This document shows, piece after piece, positions 1-13,830 of a stretch of DNA of 64,000 bases (positions within the stretch are counted from its first letter, which is position 1; the number at the start of each line of letters is the position of its first letter). The translations under genes and the position numbers were made by a program. Source of the stretch: Bugula neritina (lineage: Eukaryota > Animalia > Bryozoa); contig OZ037770.1 of NCBI GenBank assembly GCA_964035545.1, positions 8,190,973-8,254,972 of the forward strand. Reading direction: 5' to 3'. The notes beneath the pieces are model-generated. The model was not told where the DNA came from and ran no database searches. It saw only the letters and a list, made by a program, of their open reading frames with translations.

Positions 1-83
1 AACATGTGTACCATCATATGTCCATTCTAGAGTGATGTTTGTACCTGAGGGGTTTGCTCTGGTTGGAACTACATCTGATGGAA
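1..83 (-). CDS. FN3 half-domain exon (type B) of a paralogous FN3 receptor gene, runs off window start
   Basis: Minus strand after ccaatag acceptor reads VPSDVVPTRANPSGTNITLEWTYDGTHV, near-identical to exons at 25743-25862, 30722-30841, 36841-36960 and 39200-39319. Confidence 0.75.
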
Positions 84-119
84 CTATTGGAGCAGAAGGA
101 GAAATTATTATAACTGTGT

Positions 120-1050
120 GTTAATATGTTAGTGTATACTGTATAGTATATAGTAGTTAGTATCAGTTAATATGTTAGCGTATACTGTACATTATATAGT
201 AGTTAGTATCAGTTAATATGTTAGTGTATACTGTATAGTACATAGTAGTTAGTATCAGTTAATATGTTAGTGTATACTGTATAGTATATAGTAGCTAGTA
301 TCAGTGAATAAGTTAGTGTATACTGTATAGTATATAGTAGCTAGTATCAGTTAATATGTTAGTGTATACTGTATAGTACATAGTAGTTAGTATCAGTTAA
401 TATGTTAGTGTATACTGTATAGTACATAGTAGTTAGTATCAGTTAATATGTTAGTGTATACTGTATAGTATATAGTAGCTAGTATCAGTGAATAAGTTAG
501 TGTATACTGTATAGTATATAGTAGCTAGTATCAGTTAATATGTTAGTGTATACTGTATAGTACATAGTAGTTAGTATCAGTTAATATGTTAGTGTATACT
601 GTGTAGTATATAGTAGCTAGTATCAGTTAATATGTTAGTGTATACTGTATAGTATATAGTAGTTAGTATCAGTTAATATGTTAGTGTATACTGTATAGTA
701 TATAGTAGTTAGTATCAGTTAATATGTTAGTGTATACTGTACAGTATATAGTAGTTAGTATCAGTTAATATATTAGTGTATACTGTATAGTACATAGTAG
801 TTAGTATCAGTTAATACATTAGTGTATACTGTACAGTACATAGTAGTTAGTATCAGTTAATATGTTAGTGTATACTGTATAGTATATAGTAGCTAGTATC
901 AGTTAATATGTTAGTGTATACTGTATAGTATATAGTAGTTAGTATCAGTTAATATGTTAGTGTATACTGTGTAGTATATAGTAATTATTAGCTAATATAT
1001 TAGTGTATGCGGTATATAATATAGTCAGCTAGTATTAGTTAATATGTTTA
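120..1050. repeat. 46-bp minisatellite, about 20 copies, intronic
   Basis: Unit gttaatatgttagtgtatactgtatagtatatagtagttagtatca repeated with period 46. Confidence 0.95.
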
Positions 1051-1520
1051 TCTACACTGAGCAGTAAGCTAAGTACCAGAGATGGCAATCAACCTATTAA
1101 CATCAAAGTGTCTACAATAAAAATACATATATATTATATTGTAGAATTCCAGGATCAACAATGCAAGTTAATGGTTAAAGAATTGAAAACAAATCAAATG
1201 GTTTTGATAAGTTTTTCAGTTATATTTGCTGCAGCACTTTTCAGGAAAGAAAGCAGAGGCAATGTGCTACAGGCATACTAGAAATATTTGGTTAAAGTGC
1301 AACATAATGCAGTAGGCAATACCATTTCGTTAGATAACAAGTGTAATGGTAGCTGGTGTTATAATTACACAAACTAGTGTAGGGAATAAAACAGGCAGTA
1401 AGCATTAAGAACTCAAAAAGCAGAAGATGAGAAAGCATTTTGTGAAGCTGTCTAAAGCCCCCAGCAGATACGTGTATGCAGTGTATAGAATATGGTAAGT
1501 GAATGAATACAAGGACATAC

Positions 1521-1676
1521 CCATAGTTAGCTCAGCACTATTCTCTGGTGTGGAAGGTGCATTATTACTGATTACAGTTACAGTAAATATGTACGTTTCC
1601 CCAGGAGTCAAGTTATTTATAGTAACAGAACTATCACTTCCACGAGGCACGTCTTCCACAGAAGGAAGAGGGGAAC
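1521..1676 (-). pseudogene. 5'-truncated FN3 exon (type A) of the paralog, cut by Gypsy sequence
   Basis: PSVEDVPRGSDSSVTINNLTPGETYIFTVTVISNNAPSTPENSAELTM with intact GTATGT donor; homology to other A exons stops abruptly at gggaac|tttcgcc. Confidence 0.85.
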
Positions 1677-3280
1677 TTTCGCCAACCGTTGGCCCCAAGC
1701 CAACCTCATTTGGGAGAGGGATCACAGGATGACTGAGAGGACCCCTACAGAGTCTGCCGATACTGAGTGGCAGGCACCTCCGAGATCTCGGAGACCGCAA
1801 GGTCTACCCGATCCTCCTGCCTGGCCACTCCGTGACAGGTTTGCGGAGTTGCCCGAGGAGGTTGTGAAGGAGGACTCAGATTACTTGCAAAAGTACCCCA
1901 AGCAACCCTCTCGATCTCAGAAAACCACTGTTGTCTCTAAAACAAAGAGGAGGCCCGCTGTGTGAACCCAAGTTATGTAACTCCCAGAGACTATCCGCTC
2001 CAGAAGCACTCAACCATACGGAAGCAGCTACTTCTTGCCCGGAAAAAATTTAGGTAAAGCTGCCACATTCCTACTGGACACTGGGTGCGCTACAAACCTG
2101 CTGAGTAGGCATTTCTTTGACACCCTTGGCACCCGAGAGAGAGCGAGCCTCGAGCCGTACGAAGGTGCACATGGTACGTTGGCGGACAGATCATGCATTC
2201 CTTTTTTACGATATTATCCTGCTACTTGGACGCATCCGTGGTCAGGCGATTCCTGAGACGTTTATAGTCAGCCAGCTGAAGGAAGATGCCATCCTGGGAT
2301 GCCATTCCTGGAAAAACACCAGTGTCATATGGAGTTCCAGAAGTCGGCGGTGGTGATGGCTGGGAAAGAACTTGTCTGTGTTGACAGGTTTGGCAGGCCC
2401 TTGGTGGGCGGAGTCCAGGTAGTGCAGGAGGGCATGGTTCCAGGAAGATCCCAGGCAACTCTTCGCTGCAGAGTCGACTGTAGGGAGATCGCCGACCTGG
2501 GGGTGGTTGAAGGAACGCACGGAGCAATTCGACTAGCAAACCGCCTGAATCGGCTAGACTGTTGGAGAAAGCTTCTCGCGCAGTGTATCAACCCCTTCAC
2601 GGAACCTGTTCAATTATCGGCCGGAGCGCTGGTGGGGAAGTACTACTCCATCCAATGTGGGTCCGGCATTGGAAACAGTGACCGACACCCAGAGAAACCC
2701 CCTCGAACCAGTCGAGGAGCAGTCCCGGAGAACATGGCTGACCTGTACGATGGGGCGTGTGGTAACTGTATAAGTAGTACTAAACGCCAAGTACTGGCTC
2801 AACTACACACGGAGTACAGTGATGTCTTCAGTCGTGGCGATGGAAACATGGGGCTGGCCAAGGTTATTTCCCACGAGATACCCCTGGCAGCTAGCACCAC
2901 CCCCATCAGGCAGCCAACCCGACGTCTTGGCCCGGAGAAGGAGGTGAGCCGGCAAGTGTAGGATGTTTTCGACCGGGATCTGATTAAACCTGCCCAATGT
3001 GCATAGAGCTTTCCAGTAGTCTTGGTCAAAAAGAAGGATGGTAGCTGGAGGTTCTGTGTGCACTACCGCAGACTCAACAGCGTCACCATCTAAGATGCCT
3101 ATCCTCTCCCACGGATAGATGAGTCTCTGAATGCCCTCGCGTGCAGCAAGTACTTTAATACTTTGGTTCTGCTTGGTGGATACTGGCACGTACCTCTCAG
3201 TCCTGATGCCTAGGACAAAGCAGCATTCATAACTCGCGATGGGCTCTGGAAGTGGAAAGTACTGCCATTTGGACTAAACC
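1677..3280 (+). mobile_element. Decayed Ty3/Gypsy pol fragment (pol N-terminus, protease, RT start), related to the 41851-49298 family
   Basis: LLDTG protease motif, EDAILGMPFL, DGSWRFCV, WKWKVLPFGL; in-frame stops and frameshifts; no LTRs. Confidence 0.9.
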
Positions 3281-4190
3281 TAGAACAGTCATCGTCAACT
3301 CGCCAGACTGCTTATGATGATGACATATAGAAATCTGTGTCTGCAGTCACTGGATTGTTGATTTAATTTATCACATCAATAGCAAGGGTTTTGAATTAGT
3401 TATTACGGTAATTTTTTGCCTAAAGTAATTGCCTTTTTATGATGTAGTTTGTGAACAGCATTGGGTGGTCGATAAACTGTTTTTTAGCTACCTTTCCCGT
3501 TTCTTTAATTTCCATGGCAACTTCAATCGCTTGAGTGAAAGTAAGATCTTCATCATTGAGTTTGACAAATGTTTTCAGTGTAGCCTCATTGCCAGCTGAA
3601 CATATAAATATTGTCCCGAGTGCTTCGCCTTGTGGGTCATGGATAGAGGTAAAGTCACAAGTTGTTGCGTCATGTAGAATAATAGCAGCTAGTTTAAGAA
3701 TTTTTTCTCCTGGTTTTCTTTTCATGTCGCTCCAGAGTCTGTATCTCTCTTTGATGATAGATGTCCTTGAGTAGTACTGAGTCATCATGCAGTTATAAAT
3801 ATTGTTTTTCGAGAGTTTGTTGATCTGTATCTTTGGTGTCTGTTACTCTGCCCAATCAATCAATTGCTTGTATATGGCTGTTGATTTATTCGTCAAAAAT
3901 ACTTGTGATATTTTGTCATCGGTGATGGAGTTAGTTCCAATAAATGTTATAAACGTTGATCTGCAGTTTGTCCATAGTTCAGTACTTGGGTCGAGGGAGT
4001 AAAAAGTTGGAGTGGCTGATCGAGATTTCTTTCCTGCTGACTCGGTGAGTTGTTTGATCAGCTCCTGATTTTTTGTCTCTCTGCATTTCCAACTGCCCCT
4101 TCTGTAACTCTATCTGCTTTTTCTGTTGTGTTAGCTGCTGAATTAGAAAAGCAAATTGCCGATCTGCAGGCATAGACATTGTGGATTACT
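3281..4190 (-). mobile_element. Decayed Gypsy (K02A2.6-like) gag remnant
   Basis: ERYRLWSDMKRKPGE...ATTCDFTSIHDPQGEAL...LTFTQAIEVA resembles K02A2.6-type gag; Gln-rich N-terminal piece at 3979-4179. Confidence 0.7.
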
Positions 4191-5328
4191 TCTTGTTGAT
4201 AGATGAAAGAGTTTCTGATGATAGTCAAACATTGGTGAGTGTTGTGCAGTTGGCTAGAGTGTTGAAGAAGATCTTTTAAACTGATAGCAACCTTCTCCCC
4301 AAATATTCCGTATTTTAATAGATATATATGTGTGCTTATTGCTGCAGACTGATAAAAAAAGGCAAAGAGAAAAAGTGACAAGTCATAAGTCTTATGTAAA
4401 TGAATAACAGAAAATGCTGAGTTTATATAGCAGTCTAAAAAGTTTGCTATTGTGATAAACTTGTGGGTCGAATGTAACTCAGTGCTAGAACATAACTCTT
4501 TGTAAGAGAGAACAAGAAGCGATGATGTAGTAGGTAGAAGCAATTTTTATTGTAGAGTAGAAAATAGGTCCTTCACAAGCAAGCTCCAGTGGTAGACTGA
4601 ATCTACACTGGAACTCGCCTGCTTTTATACAAACATAACAAAAGGCACGCACACAGAAGACCCTTTGTTGTTCGAAAATCGGAAGTTCCGCACTTCGGAA
4701 GGACCAAAGTTCGAAAACCCCGAATTTCGGACAACAAATATCTAGTATCAGTATTATTATAAAACGATAAAATAGCAAAAAGAAAACAACTCCGGAATGC
4801 GTATTTCAGCAATCACAATACTTAGGCATTAGAAAGCTACCTCGCTTAACTACAATTACAGCATTCAAAACGATACGCAACAAGTAATTATAATACTGAC
4901 GCACGCAGTTACTTCAGAACAAATAAAGGATGAAAATCCATTACACTATTCTGTAGTAGCCAGAATCATAGTAGAAAGAACATAATGTAGCTAACATAGC
5001 TATGATAATACAAATGAAACTGTAATTATTAAACAATTAGTTTTCCAAGCTTTTGTAATGTCCCAACAGGTCTGTTTATAGTACTCGCCAAGGCTGGTTG
5101 CACTCCAAATTTGGTTGCCTTGATTGCTGTTTGCATAGAACAAGCAGCTGTAACAGCCCTACGTGCAGCTGTGCTAGTCCTACACGCAGCTGTGCTAGCC
5201 AGCGGTCAGGGTGACAAGCACACATAAATTTAAAGAGCATGCTAAACACATTACACTAATAATCCCAACACTAAATATATGTTATGTACATACACTATGC
5301 CCCAACTCTAAATATCTCTACTATATAC

Positions 5329-8300
5329 CTACTCTGACTGATACAGGACCACGTTATTTCCCTCATAGTTTTGTTGGTTTCATAAATTATCAGTAGAGTT
5401 TCGTTGACCCAGACACCAGAAGTTAAATCTTTCAACAGACATGCATCAGCAGCTCCATCACGAGAATGGAAGATTTTTGAGCACATCTTTATCAAAGTGC
5501 CTGTAACAATAAAAAGCAAGCCAATTTGTTACAACCAAGTTGCAATAACATCACATTCTATGTCATCTGAGACCAACATTCTAAATCAATGTCCCACTAC
5601 GCTTAATTTACCGAACTTTTTAAAACAAATAATTGAAATTTGCACACGCCCTTCTTTTACAACTAAAACATACAATTTAGGCAAGTCGTGTAATAATATA
5701 TGCAATGATATCTACCATCAACAAAGTTATAGAAAAACATCGAAGCATATTTTTTGTCCAGAATACATAGCCAGTCAGGGTCTGAAGGATGCTTTAAGAT
5801 ACTTCCTTCTGGTGTTGAAACAGTAGCTGTTCTATTTGGATACCTACAATAAAATACAGTGTTTATAGCACAGATGATGGCTATTTTTAAAATGGTCCTT
5901 TGTGGTATGAGTGCTTAAAAATGTTTGCTAGATCAAACCAACACTTCAGTTAAATATTAGCTCCTACTACAAACAGCTATATGGTTTGTTACAAAAAAAT
6001 CTCGTGGTTAGTTTCTACCTGTGTTATAGTTATAATAAACCATAAATGCATTAAAACTTGTAAGTTAGTCATTTGACAACAAAACATACAAAATTAAAAC
6101 TGTCTAAAATGTTTCCAGAACTCATTTTATCAAGCTACTAAGCCAATAGTCAGCAAACTTTTACACTTTTAACTGACAACAATAATGTTGCCCCTGTAAG
6201 TTTAAAAGTGCATGTAGCTAATCTCTGTGATAAACTAGAAAGCAAAGGTTAAAGGCGTTTGCTCAATGTCTGACACTTTTTTTAAATTCCATCAAGAAAA
6301 TCAATTTTAAAAAACTTCCTTTACCTTAAGTACATCTGTGCATTCCCTGAAGAACTAAAGTCTAAACTGGTGTACTTGTTAGTTTGATATCCACTCACAT
6401 CGTATCTGTTTATCCCTTCACCAACCTTCTGCCACACAACGTCACCTACAGTCAACATATCTCCAATCCCATCAGAAATTGTGGTGGATATTTCACTGAG
6501 AGGCAGAAGGCCTGTCTGTGTGTAAGGAAGCTGAGGAGATGTTCTGCTGAACGTGTATACACCATTATCTTGTACAGAGATGAAGAAAGTATCGGCAGCT
6601 TCATAATAAGTCATACCATAGACATCTCTTGGGTCTGTGTTACTATCAAAACCGAGTGTGCTGTTACCACAGTGACCTTTGCCTATTATAGTTGTAAGAT
6701 TTGCAGCCATCCTGTCAAGTTTTCTAACACAAGATCTTTGGTCAACAAAGTAGATATACTTCTGATTTGATGTCTGATACATGTGGCTAATTCTGATCAT
6801 TGCAAACGTATCATTATCTCCATCAATAAACTCTTGTGGATCATATCTGTCAGTAAAGGTTTTAGTGGGATCTCCATACAACACTGTAAATAGAAAAACC
6901 AATTTTACTCCTTTAAACAGCATGTGAGAACAATTGTACATATTTTTTTTCAAAACTGAAATATTATGTTTTATTGAAGGATTTTCTTTTTAGATATTTT
7001 TTTAGTATATTTCTAACCAAACGTTTAACTTTTTTAGTTTGCCATATTTTTAGTCACTCTTATTATTTTCTCTCATCGAATCTAAAATCGCTTTATTAGA
7101 GAGTGACATCACTCTTAAATGAACCAGAGTTAATTTTCTTTGATAAGCAAAACACATTAGACATGTGCATGGCGTTTCTCATTTTTAATTTAGGTGGGTC
7201 AAATCTTGCTGCAATCCATGCAATTGAATAGTTTTTGATTAAACGGCAATTCACTTGTCTTGGTTAGCATAATCGCAACTTTAAGCAGATACATCCTATA
7301 TTGCATGAATAAAATTCATGGCTAACCTGTAAGAGGTTGTGTTACGTCATCAATGGGTAGATTAGAGATGGCAGCTGTTCTCTTAAGAGACACCTGAGGC
7401 ATCACAGCTATCAGCAGTTGTGAGGGATTTGTTAAATCTATCTGCATACAAAGTATAATGCGGCAAATTTTAGAACAAAGTTTACAGTCTCTGAAAAAAA
7501 AGTATAAAGAAGCAATTACAATGGCTACCTCCAACGATATCTTATATGGTGTATAAGTATACAGTATACTACTAGAATGGCTGGTTGTGTGGAATATTGA
7601 AAGTAAATATTTGGTGCTTGCTATAGAGTTGCCTTGCCAATACATAATGTGAATAGGTTATGTCAATTCTTTTCAATCATTTGTAAATATACATAAATAC
7701 ATGAGTTTATTGTCTTACGATGTTACTGAAACTATGTACAAAATTTGACTTGTGCTACTGCAATTAGATACAAGTATTGATTTGAGTAACCAAGGCGAGT
7801 TACAATTATTTACTTGAGGTTTTTCATATTAACTGCTCAAACTCAACTTAGATTTTGATAAAAAAGAGCTAAAATAACAATCTGGTCATACAAAATTAAA
7901 AAGTAATTATTAATGCTAACATCATGCATTATACTCTATCACTCAAATTCACTCTCTGAAATCAAATTTCATATTCATTGCAAAAAATTTACTCTTGCAA
8001 ACTTGAGTTATAAATTGCATAAGCTATATGTAGCCCATCAGATACCTGCATGCCACCTGTTTCCATGAAGTAGGAGGTATCTTGAGGTAGATTAGGGTAG
8101 AAAGTAGCTGTGACAGAGCTTACAACTCCATCTTCCAAATTTACCTCCACATTGTGACAGACACTGCAAGAGATTAATGAAATACTGAGTTCACACCAGT
8201 ACCATTACACAGAGGAACTTACTATTGAGGTGTAAATTAACTGCTTATATAGTGCATATTGTGTGACAGTAGAAGTAAAGTAAATTTAAGTAAAAAGCTT

Positions 8301-9378
8301 AAAGGTTGTGCTGTTGAAATTGTTGCATTACCATATTACTCGCTATTTATGTCCGTCAGTGCTGATTAGTAAAGGCTATATAGTTTTAGTTGGTAAGGAA
8401 ACTCTTTAATGTCTCACTCTCTTATAAGCCAGAGAATACAGTTACTAATATATTGCATCACTCAGCATGTCATATAATGATTGTATGCTCAAATAGCAAC
8501 ATGCACTTCCTTACAATGGCTACACGTAATTGGTCAAGTGAAACACAAACATCAACACTTGCAGAAAAATTCAAAGAGTTTCGCATCATCGTTAAGGTCA
8601 TATAAGTATTTTGTCAAATGAAACACAAACATATCAGCACTTGCAGAATAATTCAAAGAGTTTCGCATTAGTGTATAGCATGTCCATTGGACAAACGTTA
8701 GGGTCATATAAGTATGCTTATAGAGCATCTACCAATCTACATTTTAAGCTCACATAAATGCTAAAGAGGCATCAGATGTATAAACACAGGAGTTATAATA
8801 ATTTAGAGACAGTTACAAACAAAGGGCGGAGAGATTTATTGTTTTCTTTTAGCTACTCGAGTAAGTTTGATATTAAAAGAACCGCAATATGCAAAGTAAA
8901 AGTGGTATTGGAGTAGTGTGCAGCAAAAGACTCTTTAAAACATTTAAACAGAGCTGCCATAGTTTCCAATCTGTTATAACTTTGACCAACAGTTAAAACA
9001 ATGAGTGTCTGTTCGCACTATTCAAAGTGCACTAGGTGCTATTCTCTTACAGCTGAGTAGTATTGGCCTATGATAGTCAGTACACAATACTTTAACAAAC
9101 TACTTTATGATTAAAAAGCAAGCCTTGAATTTTCACAAAAGCCTTGAGTTTTTACAAGACTTTGTTTTCTAGGCTCTTGTTCATGAAGGGTCATTTCATT
9201 TATATTCAACATATTATTATAGATGTCTCAGAAGAAAAATTGAAAAGGTCTATTGTGGATGCATAAAGAATGTTAAATATAATACTAGCATAATAGTAAC
9301 AGTGTAATACAGTACTTACCTGACCAAACTCAGCAAAGCTGTAACAACTTTTAGGGAGTGGCAGTAAAACTGACTCAT
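5329..9378 (-). CDS. Multi-exon gene for a secreted NHL/beta-propeller-like protein; 3' end uncertain
   Basis: Six GT-AG exons with matching phases: 9378-9320 (MSQFYCHSLKVVTALLSLV, signal-like), 8163-8046, 7441-7327, 6883-6325 (YIYFVDQRSCVRKLD...TTIIGKG), 5843-5716, 5500-5329 (SRDGAADACL). Fold call is inference from blade-like motifs. Confidence 0.75.
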
Positions 9379-10095
9379 AGCGGCTATTGAATGATGACTC
9401 TTTAAATAATTTCCAATTCTCATAGTCTTATAATTCAGTATAAAAACACAATATCCTAGCTGCAATTCAAAAATACAAAATCTCTCTAACTGAAGAAACA
9501 ATGCAATTCTTGGACAATAAAATGTTTGCCCTAAGAAAGGTGATCTCACATATTGCCATCAGAGAACCTTCAGCACCAGATGATTTTCAGATAAAGAATC
9601 TTAGGTAACTGATACTATATGATATGTCAATAGATTTTTGACAAAGTTGCTTTATAATATACTAATATGTTATACAACAGCTAAAGAGGTGGTGATCGGC
9701 TGCTGTGCTTACAAGTTCTAGCAGATATTTACATTCAAACACTTGATAAACTTTCACTAACAATATAACTGATAGTGGTTAGGTGGCAAACAGTAATAAC
9801 CCTTATCAGTATACAAAAACTTCCTGGTAGAACACTAAGCTATAATGTGATTTGTCAGCTGCAAGCCATTGCGCAGTTGATGCCTTCGTCTTTTAAATAC
9901 CATATATGCTTACTTAACTTTGTGGCATTTCTATATCTTTTATGTTTGAAGGAGCTGGTTGTGTAGGCGATTTTTAAAGTCGGTTTCACATAGTTCCATG
10001 CACTTGTGGGAGCTGCTTAGTGATGTTATGGTGGCCTGGTAGATGATATTGGAGAGTAAGCACTTGCCATTTATTGGACAGCATGATTCCCTTAT

Positions 10096-10116
10096 ATATA
10101 AATATATATATATATA

Positions 10117-10192
<76 letters not shown>
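10096..10192. repeat. (TA)n microsatellite
   Basis: Direct. Confidence 0.98.
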
Positions 10193-10195
<3 letters not shown>

Positions 10196-10212
10196 AATAA
10201 AATAAATAAATA

Positions 10213-13200
10213 TAGTCTGGCAGAAAAACACCAATTTTTGACTTAGGTTCGCAACCCCGGATAAAGTTTTTTTCTCTTCTGATTATTCAAATATAGGGTC
10301 TAGGTAAGTGTTTCTAGGTGGGTGTGGACTTCTTACCCTTGGGAATTTCGAGAAATTCAAGATGGCCGCCAGGCACCAGATGATTTTTTATAATTCAAAT
10401 GTGTCTACCCACTAAGGCTAAATGTAAGGCTTCAATGCTTTAAAATCTTTAGAAATTGATATAATAAAGATGCATGTACCTTTATCATGTGTTTTATTGA
10501 GTAATAGGCAAATGATACCCAAGGGTAACTAAGCTAAGCCTTAATCATTCACTTTTTTAAAGTTTAACTTAGCCTTGCTGTGTTTATAATTTCCTTGCAT
10601 CTCTGCATATCAGTTTGTTCTGAATTCATGAAAATTTACTATATGGGCCCGGTGATACTATATGCTGATTACAAATATGTCCAACAAATAAAGCTGAAAG
10701 GGGTTCTGCAAAATTGAAATGCAACGTCATTGCCATATGAGCTAAATAGCAATTTATTTCAAACTAGCATGCCTATCAAAAAAGTTTGTTGAGCTGCCAA
10801 TTTGATAGTTATTTTCCGTTTTAAAGTTTTAGCTATGTTTTTTAAAGTTAGAAAAAAGGTGAACAACTTTGATAACACAACACCATGGCTTCTTAAAATA
10901 GTTTAATTGCTTTATTATGAACACATTGTTTATCTAAATATTGACTTTTTGCTTTCGAAAACTACTTTTACAATCAGCACATTTGACTTTTTTTTAAAAA
11001 CATTTGTAAACAGTTTTTTTATGAATGAGAATCTATTTAATGCTGGGGGAAGTAATACATTCATTGGAACAGTGTTCTCTACCTTTTTCATACTAATCCC
11101 CTTTCATAAACGTTTACTATTAATTTCTCCCTTTTAATGACCTATGTTGGGTGCACTGGAACATTAATGATTGAAACTTATTTCGCAAAAGTAGTTAATT
11201 CTACTTTTGGTGGTTTCTTCAAAATGCTAAATGAAAAAAGTTTCCCCAGAATGTACGGGGCATGAGAATATTGGTGGGAGAGCTGTTGAAGTCAGTCTTT
11301 GATAAAAGTGTAATCACTAGCATGGAGGACCTTAACAAGATGTTGACTAAGATTTCAGAGAGCTGAAGAACAGCAAAAACCGTGGGTCATGTGCTTTATC
11401 AGAGCAATTATTTTCCATCAAAACCCACATCATGGCTGATAAAGAAGAAGACTGGGCCTTACAGCTAGCAATGGAAAAGGAAATGTACTTATATCTGTGT
11501 AGCATGAAGGTCATGCCGCAAGATGTAAGGATTGAATTCGTGGCTGGTAACCACACAATGCATCATAAACGCAGCCAGCTCGACGGCATCTGGTCAGACA
11601 TTACCATTGAGGTGATTTTCGTGAGATTTGGTCACAGCAAGGGGGAATCATTGGCATCACCAATCAAACTGAAATTGTCAAGGTGTGGATGTACAGCAAT
11701 TCTGCATGCAACAAAATACAGTAAGGCTTCAATGACATCAGAGATGAGTCTGAAATAAATGCTTCCACTACTCATAAGGATGAGATGCAATCAAGAGTCC
11801 AATCTGATTCAAAGGACGGGGAGTCTGTTGAAAGGAAGATTGAACTCTGCAATGACCCACTCAAAAAAGGGTGCACAAGAAGTTAAGAAAATGTCCACCA
11901 AGCTAGAGGTTCTGTTATACAAGATGGCAATAAAAACTACACTGATGTATAGATATCAGACATGGCCACTGACTCAAAGACAAGAGAACAAGATAAGTGC
12001 AACTAAGATGAGGATGCTTTGTCACATTTACAATATAGAGTAGGAAGACTATATAACAAATGATAATCTAAGGAGGAGGCCAAAATAAAAGCCATTGCAA
12101 TAGGCATGAGGAGAAGACCTCTTCAATGGTATGGACATGTGCGCCGAAGAGATAGGGATGAAGATATTATAATGGTGGCTGAGATGAAGATACAGAGAAA
12201 GAGAGGGAGGCCAAAGAAAAGGTTAGTGAATACAGTGAAGGATGTCATACTTAAATGTGCCCTCTCAGATGAAGATGTTGACGACAGAATCAGATGACAC
12301 TCTCTGATAGCACTTGGTGCCCTGCAAAACCGCCACTCATCTTAGACCACAGCGTACTAGGTGAGAAAGTCCAAGACAAATTCCTATAATGGACAATTTG
12401 CTGCCGTTCCATGGCCTCTCAGGGTGTGATGTAGTGGCAACAATGTAAAATATTGGAAAGGGAGTCATACTAAATGTCTTGGTAGAAAGAAAGTGTGATT
12501 TGGTGACACTAGGGCTTTTTTCAAGATGACTATTCATACAAGCTACTAGGTTTATGCTATGTTGCTACACTTATGCAAAGTGTTCCTCCATGACATCTAC
12601 AAAACAAAAGGCTTAGAAAACCAAGGTCAGCAATGCTATTTGCGATGAGCCTTTAGCTTATGTACTTTGCCTGCTACAGATGAAGCTATTGGACAATGTC
12701 ACCAGAGCACACCTCCAAGTAGCCATATGAAACTGCGGCATTAAACCCACTAGAACATTGGCGATTTTTTACAATTTAGCTACTCTTGTATATAGATTTT
12801 AGCCTCAAACTATTGAAATTTTAGCAAATAAAACTGATTATTTAAGGCTTTTTCAATTATGCATGATTTTCTATGCGTTTTCTTAACTTATTAGTACATT
12901 GAGATATATTATATGAACTATGATGATTCACAAATATATATTTAGCTCCTATGACATGGCGCTGCGCTTAAATGTTGCAGGACCTCTTCCCAGTGTTTTT
13001 GCTATGCATAGTTAGAATCAGCAAATTCTATCACTCTATAATAGTAAGTTTTCATGAATTTTGAGCAAACTTTAAAATGTTTGATCATAATCTGCTGATG
13101 TGTACTAAATAAAGTAAAATGGTCCAAATTCATTAAATGCTCCTGTGGAAGCCAACAATCATGCAAAACAACACGATATGGCTATTCTAGTACACCTATC

Positions 13201-13830
13201 CCATGCACAGAGTTCTGTCCTTGTGAAGCAGTAACAGGAGTGTGCTGCAATGAACTAACATGTCTAACAAATGCTAATGATAGAAAAAAATGAAAAAGGT
13301 GTTTAATATGAACATGAGCAAAAGTTTGTCACATCTATTTGATTATATATATGTTCCATTTTAATTTTAGCTGAGCAATATGCCTCTATCTTTTTCACTT
13401 TTTCTTCACTGGCAATAAGCAATGTTTTTCTTTGTATATCTGTCCAAACAATTATTCAAAAACCTTGTATCATTTCTCTGTACCATATGTGATGTTTTAT
13501 TGAAGCAATTTCGATTTTTGAACTGAGCAACATGTCTCTTGGCTCTTTACTTTGGTTTTATTTGCACTGGCATGGCAAATATTCATTCCAAAACTGCACA
13601 TCTATTTGAATCATCAAAAAAATTTTGTTTTTGCAACATAATATAGACTTTATGCCTACCAGATTACGATTTTTTCATAATTGGCGGCCATCTTGGATTT
13701 TTCGAAATGCTCAAGGGTGGCAGGTCCACACCCACCTGGAAACAGTTACCTGAACCCTCAAGATAAATAATCAAAAAAGAAAAAAACTTTATCCGAGATT
13801 GCGAACCTAACCCCCAGTTCTGCCAGACTA
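10213..13830 (+). mobile_element. 3.6 kb TIR DNA transposon, Academ-like, decayed
   Basis: Ends TAGTCTGGCAGAA...TTCTGCCAGACTA with about 160-bp imperfect subterminal inverted repeats (10213-10371 vs 13682-13830); flanks share ata(aata); broken transposase-like pieces at about 11140-11860 (FPQNVRGMRILVGELL, EEDWALQL, GIWSDITIE). Superfamily call is from memory. Confidence 0.7.
11865..12370 (+). mobile_element. RTE-clade LINE 3' fragment nested in the TIR element
   Basis: LMY..QTWPLTQRQENKISATKMRML and RRRPLQWYGHVRRRD...KRGRPKKR are typical RTE C-terminal motifs; stops and frameshifts present. Confidence 0.85.

Noticed and set aside
1405-1800. 131-aa ORF fusing novel sequence to FN3
   Set aside because: Chance read-through of antisense Gypsy, a truncated exon and intron
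4660-4810. CpG-rich patch with CGGAAG motifs (promoter?)
   Set aside because: No linked transcript evidence; could be a repeat fragment
8538-8714. Imperfect direct duplication of about 70 bp in an intron
   Set aside because: Ordinary local duplication with no functional signal
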